This document shows, piece by piece, positions 37,032-51,096 of a stretch of 64,000 nucleotides of DNA (position 1 is its first letter; each line of letters opens with the position of its first letter). The position numbers were made by a program, and so were the translations under genes. This stretch comes from Tubiluchus corallicola (lineage: Eukaryota; Animalia; Priapulida), in NCBI GenBank assembly GCA_030141605.1, contig JAQGDQ010000042.1, positions 496,001 to 560,000 of the forward strand. Direction: 5' to 3'. The notes below the pieces were generated by a model that worked only from the letters and a program-made list of their open reading frames with translations, was not told where the DNA came from and made no database searches.

Positions 37032-37970
37032 CATCAGAAATGGATTTAAGGAAACTGTAGTCTTCATTTTTCGTGACAAATTCTTTTACTCATTGCAAAC
37101 AGCAAAGCACAAATTGCATATGTTGCTTGTGACTAAAATATTATTATCATTAGTACTACTTGTTTTCCCCCATAGCTTTGACCTTGTATCTCTTTGTCAC
37201 AAATGTCATTGTTGTGAATGGAAAAGAACACTTTCGATCCTCATTCATCAAGTGCTTTGTGAATGTATATGCAGAATTCAGGATTTGAATGTAGTGAACT
37301 ATAACAAAATGCATATTGGTAAAAAAACCCAGATGTGTGCTTCAGTCTTTCTGAATAAATCAATAAAGCGAATATTTTACATTTATAACAAAAGGTTTGT
37401 CTTTCCTAATTATTACAATAATCTGTTATGGTTTCTTGAATTGTGATTAGGGCTTGAAAGTAAGATAGTGCTTTTCTGAGACTTGTCTCTTGACTTCTTT
37501 TACGATTGTAATTAGGGCTGTTTGGATATAAATAATAGTAATGACCAAAATTGACGATGTCCAATTATCCGGGACGGGATGTACCGATGCTCATTTGATC
37601 TGGTGTCCAATTTTGCTGTAGCGTATTGTCTTGGGGCCAGATTCACTAAAGTTCTTACTAACAATTTTTTTCCTAAGTTTGTGCATATGAACTTTTTAGC
37701 ACTACTCAAGGACTCACTAAGCCAATTTTTGTAAAAATCTTCTTCTTAAATTTGTTCGTAACTTTATGCAAGGATTAGAGCTTGCGTAAGTGCAGTTGAA
37801 CACATTGTGCATGGCTCATATGGCTGACATTTTTGTGGAAGAGGAAAGGTTAATAAAATGCACAGAAAATATATTTTTTGCAATAGATTAGAATTAGACC
37901 TTTCAAAATAAAGTGAAATTCGAACTGTAGTCCACACAGCAGACCAGCAAGCCTGCATCTTTCTCCTCTA

Positions 37971-37993
37971 TGTCTCTCTCTCTCTCTCTCTCT
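37971..37993. repeat. (CT)n microsatellite
   Basis: Run of TC dinucleotides seen directly. Confidence 0.9.
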
Positions 37994-38754
37994 GCCTGTC
38001 TGCTGGTCTGCCTATCCATCTGTATGTCTATCAATCAATGTAGTTATCTACAACCTGCCTACTTATCTACCGCTGCCCTGCCTGACTGGCCATTTGACGG
38101 AGCCTATATACCTACCTGCCTATTTATTTATCCATATTGTTAACTTGTTTTTCGTAAAAACAAAATGAACGTGTCCTAAACTTAGTAAGAGAAGCCTAGA
38201 GATGTTTTCTTAAGGGTAGCTAAGAGAATGTGCATCTAGTACTAAGTAACCTAGTACCTAGTATTTATAATGTGTTCACGGAATCTGAATAAGCGTTTAT
38301 AAATGCGTCTACAATACTAAAATCTAATAAACGGTGCCCAAAGTTAGTACAAGCTGACAGAAGGTCGGGTGTTATTTTGTTGTATTGTGCTGTAATTACG
38401 TATCAAAAAGGCGAGTGTTACTTTGTTGTATTGTGCTGTAATTACGTAATAAAAAATGCGCTGATTCCGCTGAAAACACCAAACTCGCCCCGTACCTATG
38501 GAGATTTTGGCCGGGGCTGTATTTTAGCAACGTAAAATGTTTGTACGAACAAAATAGATAAGTACTTCATAAGGAGTTTCTCCGAATCCAACTTAGGAAA
38601 TTTTCGTATGAACTTATATATAGTAGTAGTAGTAAATCTCCAGTAGTTATAATATAACTTTTGAGACAAATAGTTCTTCGACTGTAATTGCGACAATTGC
38701 ACATTTAATAGATTGTCATCAACACCTAGGTGACTCCACTGGCAAGTTTTCTCA

Positions 38755-39650
38755 CTATAATATGTAATCCAGCATCCTTGTTATAGGCATGTTCCAATTA
38801 GCACGGTGATTAAATTTCAATGGATGATGTTCATAGTGTCTATCTAATTTTGATTTAAATAAATTTACAGATGTTGCTGTTCTCACATCACAGGGCAATC
38901 TATTCCAGATTTCTGGCATCGTACAAGAAAAATAGTCGTATTTACCAGTTTTGTGTGCAGTTCTTGATTTATGAAGAATAGGACCTGATCTTGCTGTACG
39001 ATGTACTTCTAATTTAACAGGACAATCATCACAGCTGTAAACTCCAGATACATATTTGTATACATCAATTAGTTGGCCACGTAAACGTCTAAAAGCTAAT
39101 GTAGTTAAACCTATTCGTTTTAACTGACTTTCATACGTCAAGTTCATTAGTTCCGGTAACATATTGAAAGCTCTCATTTGGACAGTTTCGACTGGGTCCA
39201 CTATATATGCCCTAGGACTATTCCAAATACTACTTCCATACTCCACTTTTGATCGCACAAGTGCCACATATAGAAGCTTGAAAGTTTGCAGATCTAGGTA
39301 CTTGAAATTCCTCCTTATTAAAGCATTGTTTCGTTTGGCACTCTTTATGATTTCTGCTATGTGATCTTTAAAATTTAGTTTATTATCAAGTAATAATCCA
39401 AGGTCTTTCTCACAAGCACTAAAGTCCAATTCTGCCGGAATGCCACTTGCATCATACATTTTGTATTTATACTCATATCCTGCTCCCACAGATACAACCT
39501 TACACTTGTTGGGATGGAACTGCATACCATTTTCAACTGCCCAATCACAGAGCTCTTCTAGATCCAATTGAAGATCATTACAGCTGGTAAAAGAATCAGA
39601 TTCAGACCAGATTTTGCTGTCGTCGGCAAAAAGACGAAGAGAATTACTCA
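38755..39650 (-). mobile_element. CR1-like LINE 3' fragment with an open RT C-terminus
   Basis: LFADDSKI, LQLDLEELCDW, NKCKV, EKDLG, LYVALVRSKVEY, RRLRGQLIDVYK, WNRLP, FKSKLD. Confidence 0.9.
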
Positions 39651-40425
39651 CATAGACATAGACATAGACATAGAACATTTATTTTCTCCATTTGTTTGAC
39701 ATGACAAGTTTTTTTAAATATTACTTAATTATAGTAGTGGAGCAGGGCAGGGAAGGACCATAGGGTCATCTAGTCTCCTGCCCTGTCTTATAATTAAATT
39801 AGTATATTAAAAGTAAATGGTGAGACTGCGGATAACAAAATCAAATAGGAAAGAAATAATAATATTAAACAGTATAAATGAAAACAAAGTATAAATGAAA
39901 ACAGTATAAGTAAAAACAAAAAATAATAAAGTTAGATGACACCTAAATCTAAACAAAACAATACAATTAATACAAGTAATTATGATTATTACATATATTT
40001 TCACATAGGGGCCTTAATGACAGGGGATTTTGACTGTATGGAGAGATAAAATAAGTATCAAAAAAGTGTAATATAGAAAATTTAAGAGAAAAAGTTAGTA
40101 TAAGAAAGAGCAACAATTACTTAGGAGATGAGAAAAAAACACTTGATAGCTTGCTTATTAGTCTTACAAGTTATGTATTACAGGTATATTCATTTAGTAA
40201 GAATTTTCTGTATTTTTTGGAAGCAGAAAATAAGCTACCTCCAAAGATATCTTTTGGCAACGAGTTCCATAATTTAACTCCTCGTGATTTTAAGCTATTG
40301 AAACCATGTCGGGTAAAAAATCTCTCCACAAAATACTGTTCATTAGAAGTAGCTCTTGTGGAGTAGGAATGTATATCAGAAACATTAGTGAAATATTCAC
40401 TAAAAAGTTCGGGTAATAAATCACA
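39651..40425 (-). mobile_element. L2/Crack-like LINE 3' fragment with a (CTATGT)n tail
   Basis: LLPELFSEYFTNVSDIHSYSTR and GVKLWNSLP, a long 3' UTR and a microsatellite tail at 39651-39675. Related to the element at 59340-62086. Confidence 0.8.
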
Positions 40426-41354
40426 CAACTAGGCAAGTCATTTATAAATACCATATATGCGTACGAAAGTGTTTACGAACTTTTTCGCGAGCATTTTAGT
40501 GAATTACGGTGCCTGGTGGTCATCAAAGAAGTTTAGAGTTAGAGCTATAATTCGGAAAGATTACATATGTTTAATTTGCTATTATCACGGATAGGTGGAG
40601 ACAGGCGTTATTGCTTTTCAGAGCAGTGTTTGTAAACAGAAACTTGAGGAGCTTCTGGAACAAAAGGCATTTTTCAGAAAACTTGTCATAAACTTACTGA
40701 AGGAAATTTGCGCGTGATCCATTAAATTTTGTCGTTTTGCACATCGTTAAGTCACAAAGCGGACGTGAAAGACATTTGAGGCCATACAATTTCCAAAGGT
40801 AAACTTCAGTTTTTTGTAAGTCATGTTTTTTAGCATACCGAGCATTGGAGCAAAGAAACGTCCGGAATTATGGCTTAATTACTAATTTAGTCTTGTTGTT
40901 TATTCACTATGTTTTAGGTGGAACGTGGACCGTTAAGAGGTTTATTCGAATTTCAAGTTTTGAAGCGCCAACAAAATATTTTTGTCGAAGTGAAATTTAT
41001 TTGATGCTAAAGAAAGGGAAAGACTAAAGCATCTTTGCAAAATATTAACTCTAATTTCATTCATAATGAATATAAATTAAGTATCTACTCCCCTTTTTAT
41101 CGGCTATCTTTTAGTTGTGAGTCGCTGTAAATGACATGAGAGCAATATATCTAGTAGCATTGAATACACTTTTGTATTTTTTACATTATTATTAAATATT
41201 ATTATTAATTATTATCATCATCACATTCGGTACAATGTAATGACGTGTCTTGAAGTCTTGAATAATATACTTCTAAAAGTCTTTGACGACATACTAGAAG
41301 TTTGGGGTACACATGGTTAGTATACACGCTGCAACTCGCTAACTGGTGATGGCA

Positions 41355-42270
41355 TTAGATGATATGAGAAGAGGTGAAACAAGCAAAACAAACATGGTAG
41401 GTGTGGGCTAAAGGCAAAGTTAGATTTACAGGCATGTTAGGTGGGATGGCACCTTCATGGTAGAAACAGCAGATGGTGCTGTGCTCGGAAGTGATTTCTC
41501 TGATATCTGGTGGAAGTTTGTTCCACAAACGTATTGCTCTGGGGTAGAAGGAGTATAAATAGATATTGGCGCTTCCTGATGGCTGAACAAATTTGGTGTT
41601 ATCTTTGAGAGATGGGGTGATGTAAGTTGGTAAATTTATACCTATCCTGTTATGCATTATAATATGAAAGGTGTTTAGTATCGTTTGTCGGCGTGTAATT
41701 TCTAGTGTTTCCCACCCGAGTTTGGAGATCATCTTAGATACTTCAGCATTTCTGGTATATTCATTTCGTACAAATCGTGCTGCATTTCGCTGGACTTGCT
41801 CGATGCGCTTGATGTCAGTAATTGCGTATTGGTTCCAGGCTACAATACCATATTCTAGTTTGGGTCTAACCAGGGCTTGATATGCTCTTTCTTTGACTTG
41901 TTGATGACATGGATGTAGTGTCCTGCAAATGACATTAAGTGTCCTGGTTGCATGAGTGACAGTTTCCTGGCAGTGCTCACCCCAACTAAGATTTGTGCTG
42001 ATGGTAATACCCAGGTATGGGTGTGAAGGAACGTGCTCCAGGATTTTGTCTCCTATGCTGTAAGGAAAGTAATATAGGTTTTTCTTTTGAGAAATAGGTA
42101 GGATTTTGCATTTATCAATGTTAAAGTCCATAAGCCAGTTTCCCCCCCCCCCCCCCATAATTGGAGCCGTGAGAGATTTTGTTGTAGAATATGGTGATCT
42201 TGATTACTCCATATAGGTCTGTAGATAATCGAGTCGTCACCGATGTCATTTACAGCGACTGAGCCCAAAA
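41355..42270 (-). mobile_element. CR1/L2-group LINE RT C-terminal fragment
   Basis: GDDSIIYR, FNIDKCK, PYLGITI, AYQALVRPKLEY, IEQVQRNAARFV, SFYPRAIRLWNKLP; frameshift at a poly-G run. Confidence 0.88.
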
Positions 42271-42409
42271 TCGTTACACAGCACTGTAACTAGAGAAGCA
42301 AAGGCTGTTAAAATTTCATTAGTTTTGAAACATGTTAAACTAAGATGTTCTCTTTTTCTAAGATTACAAGCAATTCTAAGAAATTTTCTTTGGATAACTC
42401 GTAATATAT

Positions 42410-43125
42410 TTATATTAGTTGTATATGTGTGTCCCCAAAGGACTAGATAATAACTAGATATCCATGCATTTGCTACCCCTTTAAGACCATAATGATATTG
42501 TTTAGCAAGAAGTATTTTATGACTAACAGTATCAAAGGCCTTAGAGATGTCACAATATATCCTACGGCTACTTTATTTTGTTCAATACATTTAGTTATAC
42601 TCTCTACAATGTTTGTCAAAGCCAATTCGGTTAAGCTGTTTTTCCAAAAACCAAACTGCTTATTATTTATTATGTTTTGATGATCCAAGTAAGATAATAT
42701 TTTATTGTAAACAATTTTTTCCAATATTTTTGAATGGTACCAGCGAGATAGGTCTATAATTATTAACGTCCAGAGAATCTTTGGATTTGAAGATAGGGAT
42801 GATAATCGATCGTTTTAACTTAGAACAGTGCCAGTTCTACGTGAATTATTAATTATGTGTGTAAAACGGGTAATAATACTTTCAATTACATCTATAATAA
42901 CTTTGGGGCGCATTATTTCTTTCATAATTCCCCAAGTTTTCTTTAAATTGGCTTTAACAATGTTTAACTTATTTTGATAATAAGTCGATTTAGCATTTTC
43001 AATAATGTTATTTAATTTATTGCAAATTGTTTATAGTCGGTCCCAGATGCGTCTCAGGTTTGTTTGATTAACAAATTATACATTTTATTTTTGCGCTTGA
43101 TACTGGTTAATATGGCTGGAGTTAT
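42410..43125 (-). mobile_element. Decayed L2/Crack-like LINE ORF2 fragment
   Basis: NYRPISL, KILEKIVYNKI, QFGF and NLKKTWGI motifs with frameshifts. Confidence 0.75.
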
Positions 43126-44197
43126 CTCAAAATCATGTGAGATTCACATGCAAACCATAGAGTTAAAAACACTATCCAGCCTTCCCCCACCCAGCACCTC
43201 CCTCGCTGGTATCTCAAGTACTTCTGTCAGTTAACATGCAAATTGTTTATTCTCTTTAATTGCATTTGGCCTAGAGATCTGGACCATGTTGCTCATTCAT
43301 AAAGCACCAATGTGCTATCAATATAATGAAATGCATGCATTGTGTATCATACAGTACTTATCTATGTTGTGTATTGCTATTGGCAGTGGTGCTACTTCGA
43401 TTAACGGAATGCTACCATATCAGATTAGTATACCCTATGAATTACTGATGTCATATTTTTACAATGTGTAATATTACTGATGCATACAACTTAGTTACTA
43501 TCATGCCTCTCCATTTCAGTGTGTTTATTGTGTAAGCCTTTTGCACTTATATCGATGGACATGCACCAATACCACTTATATTAACCAGCTATTGTCTTTT
43601 GTAGATTTATTCATATGTCAATTATTATTTTTAAATTATATTTCATTAATTTTAATTTCAGTTATCTTGCAATTCAATTGTCATTTAATCTTTTGTCTCA
43701 TAGTATCTATGTAATACCAGTAGAATGGTCAGAATGTATCAGGATGCACTTGTCTTATCTGCTGGATGTGATGTTGTCTCACAGGTGGGTCCGAGGCTTA
43801 AGGGAGGCTGAAATGTAACTGGATGGCATTGCATTTTCTCATAGCAATCCTTAGATTCTGATAACAGTGTTGTTGATCACATCCTGGTAATCAGCCTCGA
43901 ACCATACTGTGAAGCAATACCTCAGTGCGATTCCTGGCACTGACTAGCTCACTTCTCTAAAACAATACTGATTAGTTTTGGGTTGGTGTTCACCATTGTT
44001 ACATGAGATGATATTAGGATCTATGTATGTGCACCTCAGAGCACAAAAACTATACTTTAAATATTATAATAATTATGTTGATTGCTGATTGTTCTTGGAT
44101 TTCAATGAATTTTTTTCACAAAACTGTTAATAGTCTTGTCAGGTAAGATGTTACTGAAGTGTGATTTCTTTTCTTGTTAGTTTAAGATTTATAACTA

Positions 44198-44724
44198 CAG
44201 TCAAACCTCGCTATAATGGACTTTAAGGGAGCGCTCAAAAAGTCCATTATAACGAGAGTCCATTATACCGAGTGGTACCATATCTGAAGCCAGACTACCT
44301 TACAATAGATACAATAGGATAATAGAAATCAACAGTAAAATGAAATAATGTTTATAATTGAACGTCAAACGGTTTTATACAAATGCCATATTTGATACAA
44401 GGGAATCTATAATTTTGTTAGATGATTAGTCAGCTACTGTCCAAAAAAATCTGTGATTTTTGCCTGTTTTTTTGTGCCAGCATCACTCGCAATCTTCGTG
44501 GTAATGTCTGTTCTAATGGTAATGTGGATCCATTATACATGGGTCCATTATAGCGGGGGAGAAAATGCACTGGGGAGCAGAAAATAAGTCCATTATAGCG
44601 AAAAGTCCATCATACTGAAGTCCATTATACCGAGGGGATAAAAACAAAGAAAAACGATAGCTGAAAAACGGGAACGGAGAAAACGTCCATTATATCGAGG
44701 GTCCATTATAGCGAGGTTTGACTG
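44198..44724 (-). mobile_element. pogo/Tigger-type MITE
   Basis: Long TIRs CAGTCAAACCTCGCTATAATGGAC / GTCCATTATAGCGAGGTTTGACTG, TA TSD, and a minus-strand remnant KKQAKITDFF typical of pogo C-termini. Confidence 0.92.
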
Positions 44725-44840
44725 TATTTCCAAAATTTAAGTTTTAATTTTCAAGCTTGTCTTTGCTTTTTTTACTATTTAGCTGTACTGAAGCAGAGGA
44801 GCAATTTTATTACATCATTGATGTTATTTGCGGAACAGTG

Positions 44841-46773
44841 ATGACGTCATATTTACAAAAAGTGAAATGTTGGACCTGGCGGGTAAGCCTAGAAGTTGAA
44901 ATAAAACTTGTAATTACTACACTGTTATTTGCTCTTTCTAACAAAATAAGTTATGCAGAAAAATTAAGTATCATGTTAGGTGTTGATGTGTTATTTTATA
45001 TAGTAAAAAGGCTAAAATCGTAAGTATTATTGTTAAATGTAGTGTGTCTATGTAAAGAAGAATATAGTTCTTTGACGTTTTCCTTCTCGGTTGGAAATTG
45101 TTTTTTAGGCTATGAGGCTTTTATCTCTGATTTTACATAACAACAAAAGGGTACTAGTTTGTAGTGCTTCACCTTTTGTGTCATAGATGTCAGCACATGA
45201 TGCATAATATACTGTTATTACCACTGTTTACCATTTGTTAACCTATTACGCTTATCGGATATTGCAAAAACTTGATTATTACGTTTTATTTAAAATGTAA
45301 GGGCTTTTTATTTGTTACTGTACAGCAACAAACATTAGACGATGGAAGTGGTAATACACAAGAATCATTTTCCATTGACCCCAACACAGTCAAAGAGAAT
45401 GATGCTTTGGAGATGACCTCAAATAAGAAGACAGATGAAAGGTTAGGTATGTGAAGCTTAATGTGATTGTCACATATACTGTCTAAAGATACTACAAAAT
45501 TTGCCACATAACTGAGCATTATTTTGCTAACAGCGAGTGACGTCGTGATTATTTTTAAACATAAGTAACAATGTGATTTGTTTTTAGAGCCTGAACCACA
45601 GAGTAGTCTGGCATGGAGATTGTCAAGTGGAGCTGTAAACGTTACAACTGGAGTTGTGTCAGGTGTAGTAAGTCTAGGTAAGTAATAATAGTAATAGATC
45701 AGTTGATTTTTTAAATAACAGTTTGCAGTTTAGAAACCGAATAGTTGTGTTTGCACATTAAATCATACTAGTCGACATTTTTCACTGCGTGAGATTCTGC
45801 TTCTGTGACAGGAGATGCATTAAATTTATTTACTACGTGTATTTACAATTAAAAATGATTATCAAGATAATTAACCATACGGTTTGTACATAAGTATGTT
45901 TGTGCTTGACAGTAACAGGTTCTTTGAAATCTGTGGGTCAAGGTCAACCAATATAGGTGTGATTCATACCACTCACTTCATCATATTAAGACCTTTCATT
46001 TGATATATATAGAACCTACATTTGTATCCATGACCTCTAATATCAGTTTTTTACTATTGTCATTTTAAACCTGTGACATCTAGGTGAAAGATAAACAATG
46101 TTCCCATGGCTCATACCACTCAATTAGTCTGATTGGTGCATTTTGTTTGATATTGTACACACTTGCTGCTGCTTGACAGTGAAAGCATATGTCTCCCTGA
46201 CTCTCAGTTTCGGTTTTTGCCTTTTGAGTATGAGCCATTTGAGAGTAGGAAAATTTTACCTTACAGAAAAAACAAAGATCGAGGGGTCGGGGACACCAGT
46301 ATTTTAGCTGTGAAGTTTCTACATTAGATGAATTCAGACATTTTATTTTGTTTTTCATTTATCAGGTTTTTTCATATTATGCTTATGGTATCAATTGTTA
46401 ATAAACAATTATTGGCCTAATTATCTCATGTTATCATGTTATCTCATATTTACAACATGTTAGAACGTTAAACAAATGTTAATGTTACTGTACTTTTCTC
46501 GTTATTAGAACTAACAAAATTTCCTTATTAGTTAAGTAAGGGGGAGCACAGAATTGTGCACACTGCGTACGTGATTTAATTTCAGTCATTTTCTTTTTTC
46601 AAGTGAATACATTATCACTTTTAAGTCATTTTAGCTTTCTTTTTTCAATTGTCTTTAATTTAGGCGTTGGTGTAGTGAAGGGGAGTGCCGAGAAGGGTCT
46701 ACAAGTTGCTCAAGGCGCTTACAGTTACATGCCAAAGATGCCTGCAGTACGTAAAAAGGACCATACCGATTAG
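44841..46773 (+). CDS. TMEM263: Transmembrane protein 263 (UPF0444) homologue, about 120 aa; start exon tentative
   Basis: Exons 44841-44882 (tentative), 45326-45446, 45588-45677, 46664-46773, phase-consistent. SSLAWRLSSGAVNVTTGVVSGVVSLGVGVVKG and C-terminal RKKDHTD resemble TMEM263 (GMLSRVTGG..KKDKSD). Confidence 0.75.
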
Positions 46774-47456
46774 AGATCAAATGTGTCACACAAAATTTTC
46801 ATTGAGATGAAAATTAATAAAATTGTGACGGTCTCTTTATTATTTACCAGTAATTAATTATATCAAAGTATCTCATGGAAAGTGATCTATTTTTCTTATT
46901 TTTGGCCAATGCAGTTTATCCGACTGCATTAGTATATAGTATATTCTGGTCGTTGGGTTGTGTATATTATTGTGTTTTCATTTACATCTTATTAAGATCT
47001 TTCAAACTGTTGCAGAAGCGTTATAGCCACTTTATTATAGGGAAGAACTGTAGTTTATTGCATGTATAACATAGTATCTTATGAAGTGCCTTCTTTCCAG
47101 TTGTCACAAATTTTGTGCCTAATAATGTATTGAAGTATATAAGAAAATTGTCATAGTTCATATGGCCTGTATTCTTGCATAAGTTGTACTTTATAGTTAA
47201 ATTCTATGAAGTATGTTCTAAAAACACAAACATGTAGAAAGCATTCTTTATACACTTTGGCATTCAAGCCAAGAATCTAGACAGTCAACTGTTGGACCAA
47301 ACTTCTTTTTCTATCAGCCATATTTGTTCATAAGTTTAACATATTGCAGTCATAAATTATATATTTAGACTGCTTGTAGTATTTGAAAATCATTAATTAA
47401 TAATCCTAAAGCCAAACTTGTGTGTAATCAAACCTAATGTAATTTAGAGTGTAAAG

Positions 47457-47961
47457 TAGTGTCGCTCTGGATATCCAATTCGTATCTAAAAATGGTGATA
47501 TTCGCGAGATTTTGCAGGTATTCGTATCCGATAGTTATAAAAATTTAACATCCGCAAATATTTGTTACTCGGTTTTTGTAATCTGCAATTGCAAATGGTT
47601 TCGAATAATTTAACAGCCGCAAATAAATAAACAAATAACTAAAATATTACCAAAAAACTTTGCGATCGTTTTAGCCTATGTTTGCGTTTTTAAGACGAAA
47701 AATTTACGCACATCTTTTTTCGTTTGTGTGCGGTAATACGGTGTATCTTCGGGCTATGTCCTTTAAGATGGTAGACTGAATGAAAACGCTAAAGTTTGCA
47801 AACATTTACTAATTTTTCATTATCCGAAGTGATCCGCATATTCGATCCGAATTTAGCTAACTTATCCAGTTATAATCCGAATCTGGAAGTCAATTTGAGG
47901 AAATATTCGATGATATCCAGTATTCGCTATCTGGCAAAAAAGTGTATCCGGAGCAACACTA
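47457..47961. mobile_element. hAT-type MITE
   Basis: TIRs TAGTGTCGCTCTGGATA / TATCCGGAGCAACACTA, ATCCG sub-terminal repeats, TSD 6/8. Confidence 0.8.
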
Positions 47962-48384
47962 GTGGAACGTTCAGGTCTCATTAGTTGAATCTCAAATTAC
48001 ATTTATGTAAATGATAAACGATATGCTTCCATGTAGTTGACCAACTTGGCCGTATAAAGATAATTGCATTAAACACAAATTATAGTATTTGCTTGTGCGT
48101 GTAAAGTTGAAATGCTCAACTCTTTTCAAAGCCTTTCTCTTTATTTTGAGGCCAGTTGGTGCTGTTGTCGTTATAATATTGTGATCTCTCTCTAGGTGTG
48201 TCTGCTAGTCGCTAATGTTACTTCTATTTGTTGTGTTGTACATGGTGTTACCGTTTTTCTGGAAAATTTATTTGTTTTCTTTAATTAATTTGTTATAACT
48301 TGGTTCTGGTGGTGAGCATTTGTGCCGTTTTAAATTGTTCAACTTTGAATTTTGTTTGGACTTGATTTATAATTTGAAGAAACT

Positions 48385-48540
48385 TTTCATCAAAGTTGAG
48401 TTGTTAAATAGTTTTTCACACAATTAACAGAACTGAAATACTTTGCAGATATTATGTGAAGGTTTTCATCAAAGTTGTAGTTATTAAACAGTTTTTGACA
48501 TGGTTAACAGAACTGAAATATATTGCAGACATTGTGTTAA
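48385..48540. repeat. Tandem duplication of about 78 bp
   Basis: TTTTCATCAAAGTTG..TTAACAGAACTGAAATA..TTGCAGA occurs twice. Confidence 0.8.
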
Positions 48541-49149
48541 CTTCAAGTTATCTGGCTCGCCTGGCAGATTGTAGATTCCTATAATTGAACAAAATGCATT
48601 AATTATTGTTATCTAGATTGTCTGAATATTTGTCTTATGATTGGGCGTATTGTGAAATATTGGGCTAGCTCTAGGCAGTGGAAGCTGCAGAATGATCGGT
48701 AATTTATAAGCAAAGGTACAAGTTATTTTACGGAATTTATGCCAAACATCTGCCGAGGATGTCTAACAAATACTTTAGAGCAAAACGGAAATAGTTTAAC
48801 AAAAAGCGAGGTGAGTTTGATACAAAACAGCATCCTGCCAGATTACTTGGTAATATATTCTCCTTAGTCATGTAACACTACTCATAGAATTGTTTTTACA
48901 GTTATTTGTTACAACAGTTTGCATATGCAAAATTCAAATTGGTGAAGTATTTGTAAAATGTTTTAGTAATTTGCTTGTTATAGAATAACCAAAGTTTACT
49001 CGTTTGTGCAAATTTTTGAGGGTGTGTGAAAGATTATGTTTCCTACGAAAATATATAAATAAAAAATGTGAATACGGGTTTAATTTACACATTACTTTTT
49101 ATCCTTGTACTTTTTTCTGCTAGTAGCTGCAATCTATGTAATTCGTTTC

Positions 49150-49560
49150 TGTCCACCGCCACCGGCCTCGATGCATCATCCCTCAAATTTAGAGTTCTGT
49201 CTGCTAAACGTTTTTTGCAGTATATCTATATACGTCAGTAGCTGACCCATCTCGGCTTTTTTGTCGGTTCGAGAGTTTTGCGTTTGATAAGAAGAGGAGA
49301 CTCTTAAGGTAATCTTAGTGCATGCCCAGCCCAATGCAATCTTCTTGTATTTGTTTACTCCATGGATTCTTCTTGACGACATCATACAGATCTTCATTGG
49401 ATATTCTGTCAGGTCATTCAGTACCCAATATTTTTCTATAGAGACGTCTTTGAAAAGCGTCAATTGCTAGAAGTGCTAGACCTTGATGTGCTTATCCACT
49501 TTCCTGTTACTGTAGTGAGAAGAAAACTGCAATTATTCTGAAAAACTGATAAAAAAATAA
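49150..49560 (-). mobile_element. RTE-like LINE fragment, same family as 26783-27317
   Basis: Minus frame reads AIDAFQRRLYRKILGTE*PDRISNEDLYDVVKKNPWSKQI. Confidence 0.8.
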
Positions 49561-49878
49561 ACACAAAGAAGTGCCAAATGTGACAGTGACTGCTATTTAT
49601 TAATTACGAATTTATGATTGTATAATGTACAAAAATAGACTTTAAATCTGACTTGCATTCACCAAACGAATTATTAATAAATTTGCTTCTGAATTAAAAT
49701 TAGCCTACATTAAATTTGGATGTTTGACATGGATTAAGATTCTAGAACAACTGTTACATCATCTGAAGTTAGTAATAGTACATACATTACATGTGAAATC
49801 ATAAAGCAACAGAAAATTTGCATTAACAAATTAAATATAATTTTAACAAAATATTCGCTATGACATTTTTATTATTTG

Positions 49879-50404
49879 CAGTGACATAGCTAGAACTTGT
49901 GCTGCCACTTGAGTCCGAGTGAAAGTTTGCCCCACTCCCGCTTAGTCTCCCACTAAAAATCTTTATGTACGAAAATTTCACAATTGTCTGGCAGTTGCGG
50001 AGATATAAATTGAAAAAATAATAAAGTACTACTGAAAGTTTGCTTATGAAAAAATAAATTCACCATACATGCAACATGCTTCGAAAATTACGATTAGCAA
50101 AGGCTTCTTCAAATGCTAACAAAGGAAAGAGCTTGATTATAAAAGTATTTCACATTCAACTGATGATGTATACTGTACAGAGACTAAAAGCAACAACTAA
50201 GTATGTTACAAATATTACAGCGATTAACTAATTATTATCTTCCATCATCGCTTTGTAAACAGCATTTTCACGGAAAATTAAATTGTCACAGGCTTTGCCT
50301 TTCTACTGATTTGACAGAATTAACTTTTTCAAGGCACTTGAACAAACTGCCGCCCTCTAAAGTGACCCCTGAAGTGGACTACTACCCTCTTGGGTACGCC
50401 ACTG
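49879..50404. mobile_element. hAT-type MITE
   Basis: TIRs CAGTGACATAGC / GGTACGCCACTG and a perfect 8-bp TSD ATTATTTG. Confidence 0.85.
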
Positions 50405-51096
50405 ATTATTTGGAGTTTTTGCATCATATAGAGCCTTGTCAGATTGTAAAATCGAATTGTGAAAACAAAACCAGTTTAACTCAATAGTGAATATCAGAAT
50501 ACCCCAACACTATCTTCACCAGAGTCTAGATTGACAACTCTACTTTTCATGTAGGATGAGTATTTACAGGATGAGAAAGGATTATGTAAAAATTTTCCAT
50601 AACAACAGATCATTGATCGTTGACTTGTACAATACTGCATGGAAGTTGCTTGAATTACCCGCCTTCAATTTCTAAGATGGCTAAAAAAAGATTCACATAA
50701 GACGAAATGTAGAAAACTTTAATTAAATAACTAATGTATCATCTTTTATATTTGTAAGAATTCTACTATATCTCAAAATAGCAAAGTGCAACAGTATCTG
50801 CACTTTACCTGATAGTTATTAGTTTACTTAAAGTTTAGCAAAAGATCGAGAAATGTTCTCAAAAGTCTGAAGTTCGCAATGTAAAATTTACGTGCAGCAA
50901 TAAATCTAAGTATTGCATTTAATTTAATGACATCATTATTAGCTTGTGGAAAATTAATAAATGACGATCAGCCATTTTTAATTTACCCATCTGTTTGGTG
51001 CTTATTACGTTATATAAAATTCTTAGATTTATAAAAATCTCAGTTATACATTACAGAACATTTTTACAACTTGCAATTTTTAAAAAATTTCTGCAT

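Larger units (their letters stand above)
37633..40513. mobile_element. Possible PIF/Harbinger-like non-autonomous element with nested LINE fragments
   Basis: Ends GGGGCCAGATTCACTAAA and TTTAGTGAATTACGGTGCC are imperfect inverted repeats, with CTTAC/GTAAG sub-terminal motifs. The pairing of the two ends is uncertain. Confidence 0.45.

Noticed and set aside
38755-39678. 307-aa ORF as a host gene
   Set aside because: It is a CR1-like RT fragment whose start codon comes from a neighbouring LINE's tail.
44105-44142. Alternative TMEM263 start exon (ATGAATTTT..AG/GTAAG)
   Set aside because: It ends in phase 2, incompatible with the phase-0 exon at 45326.
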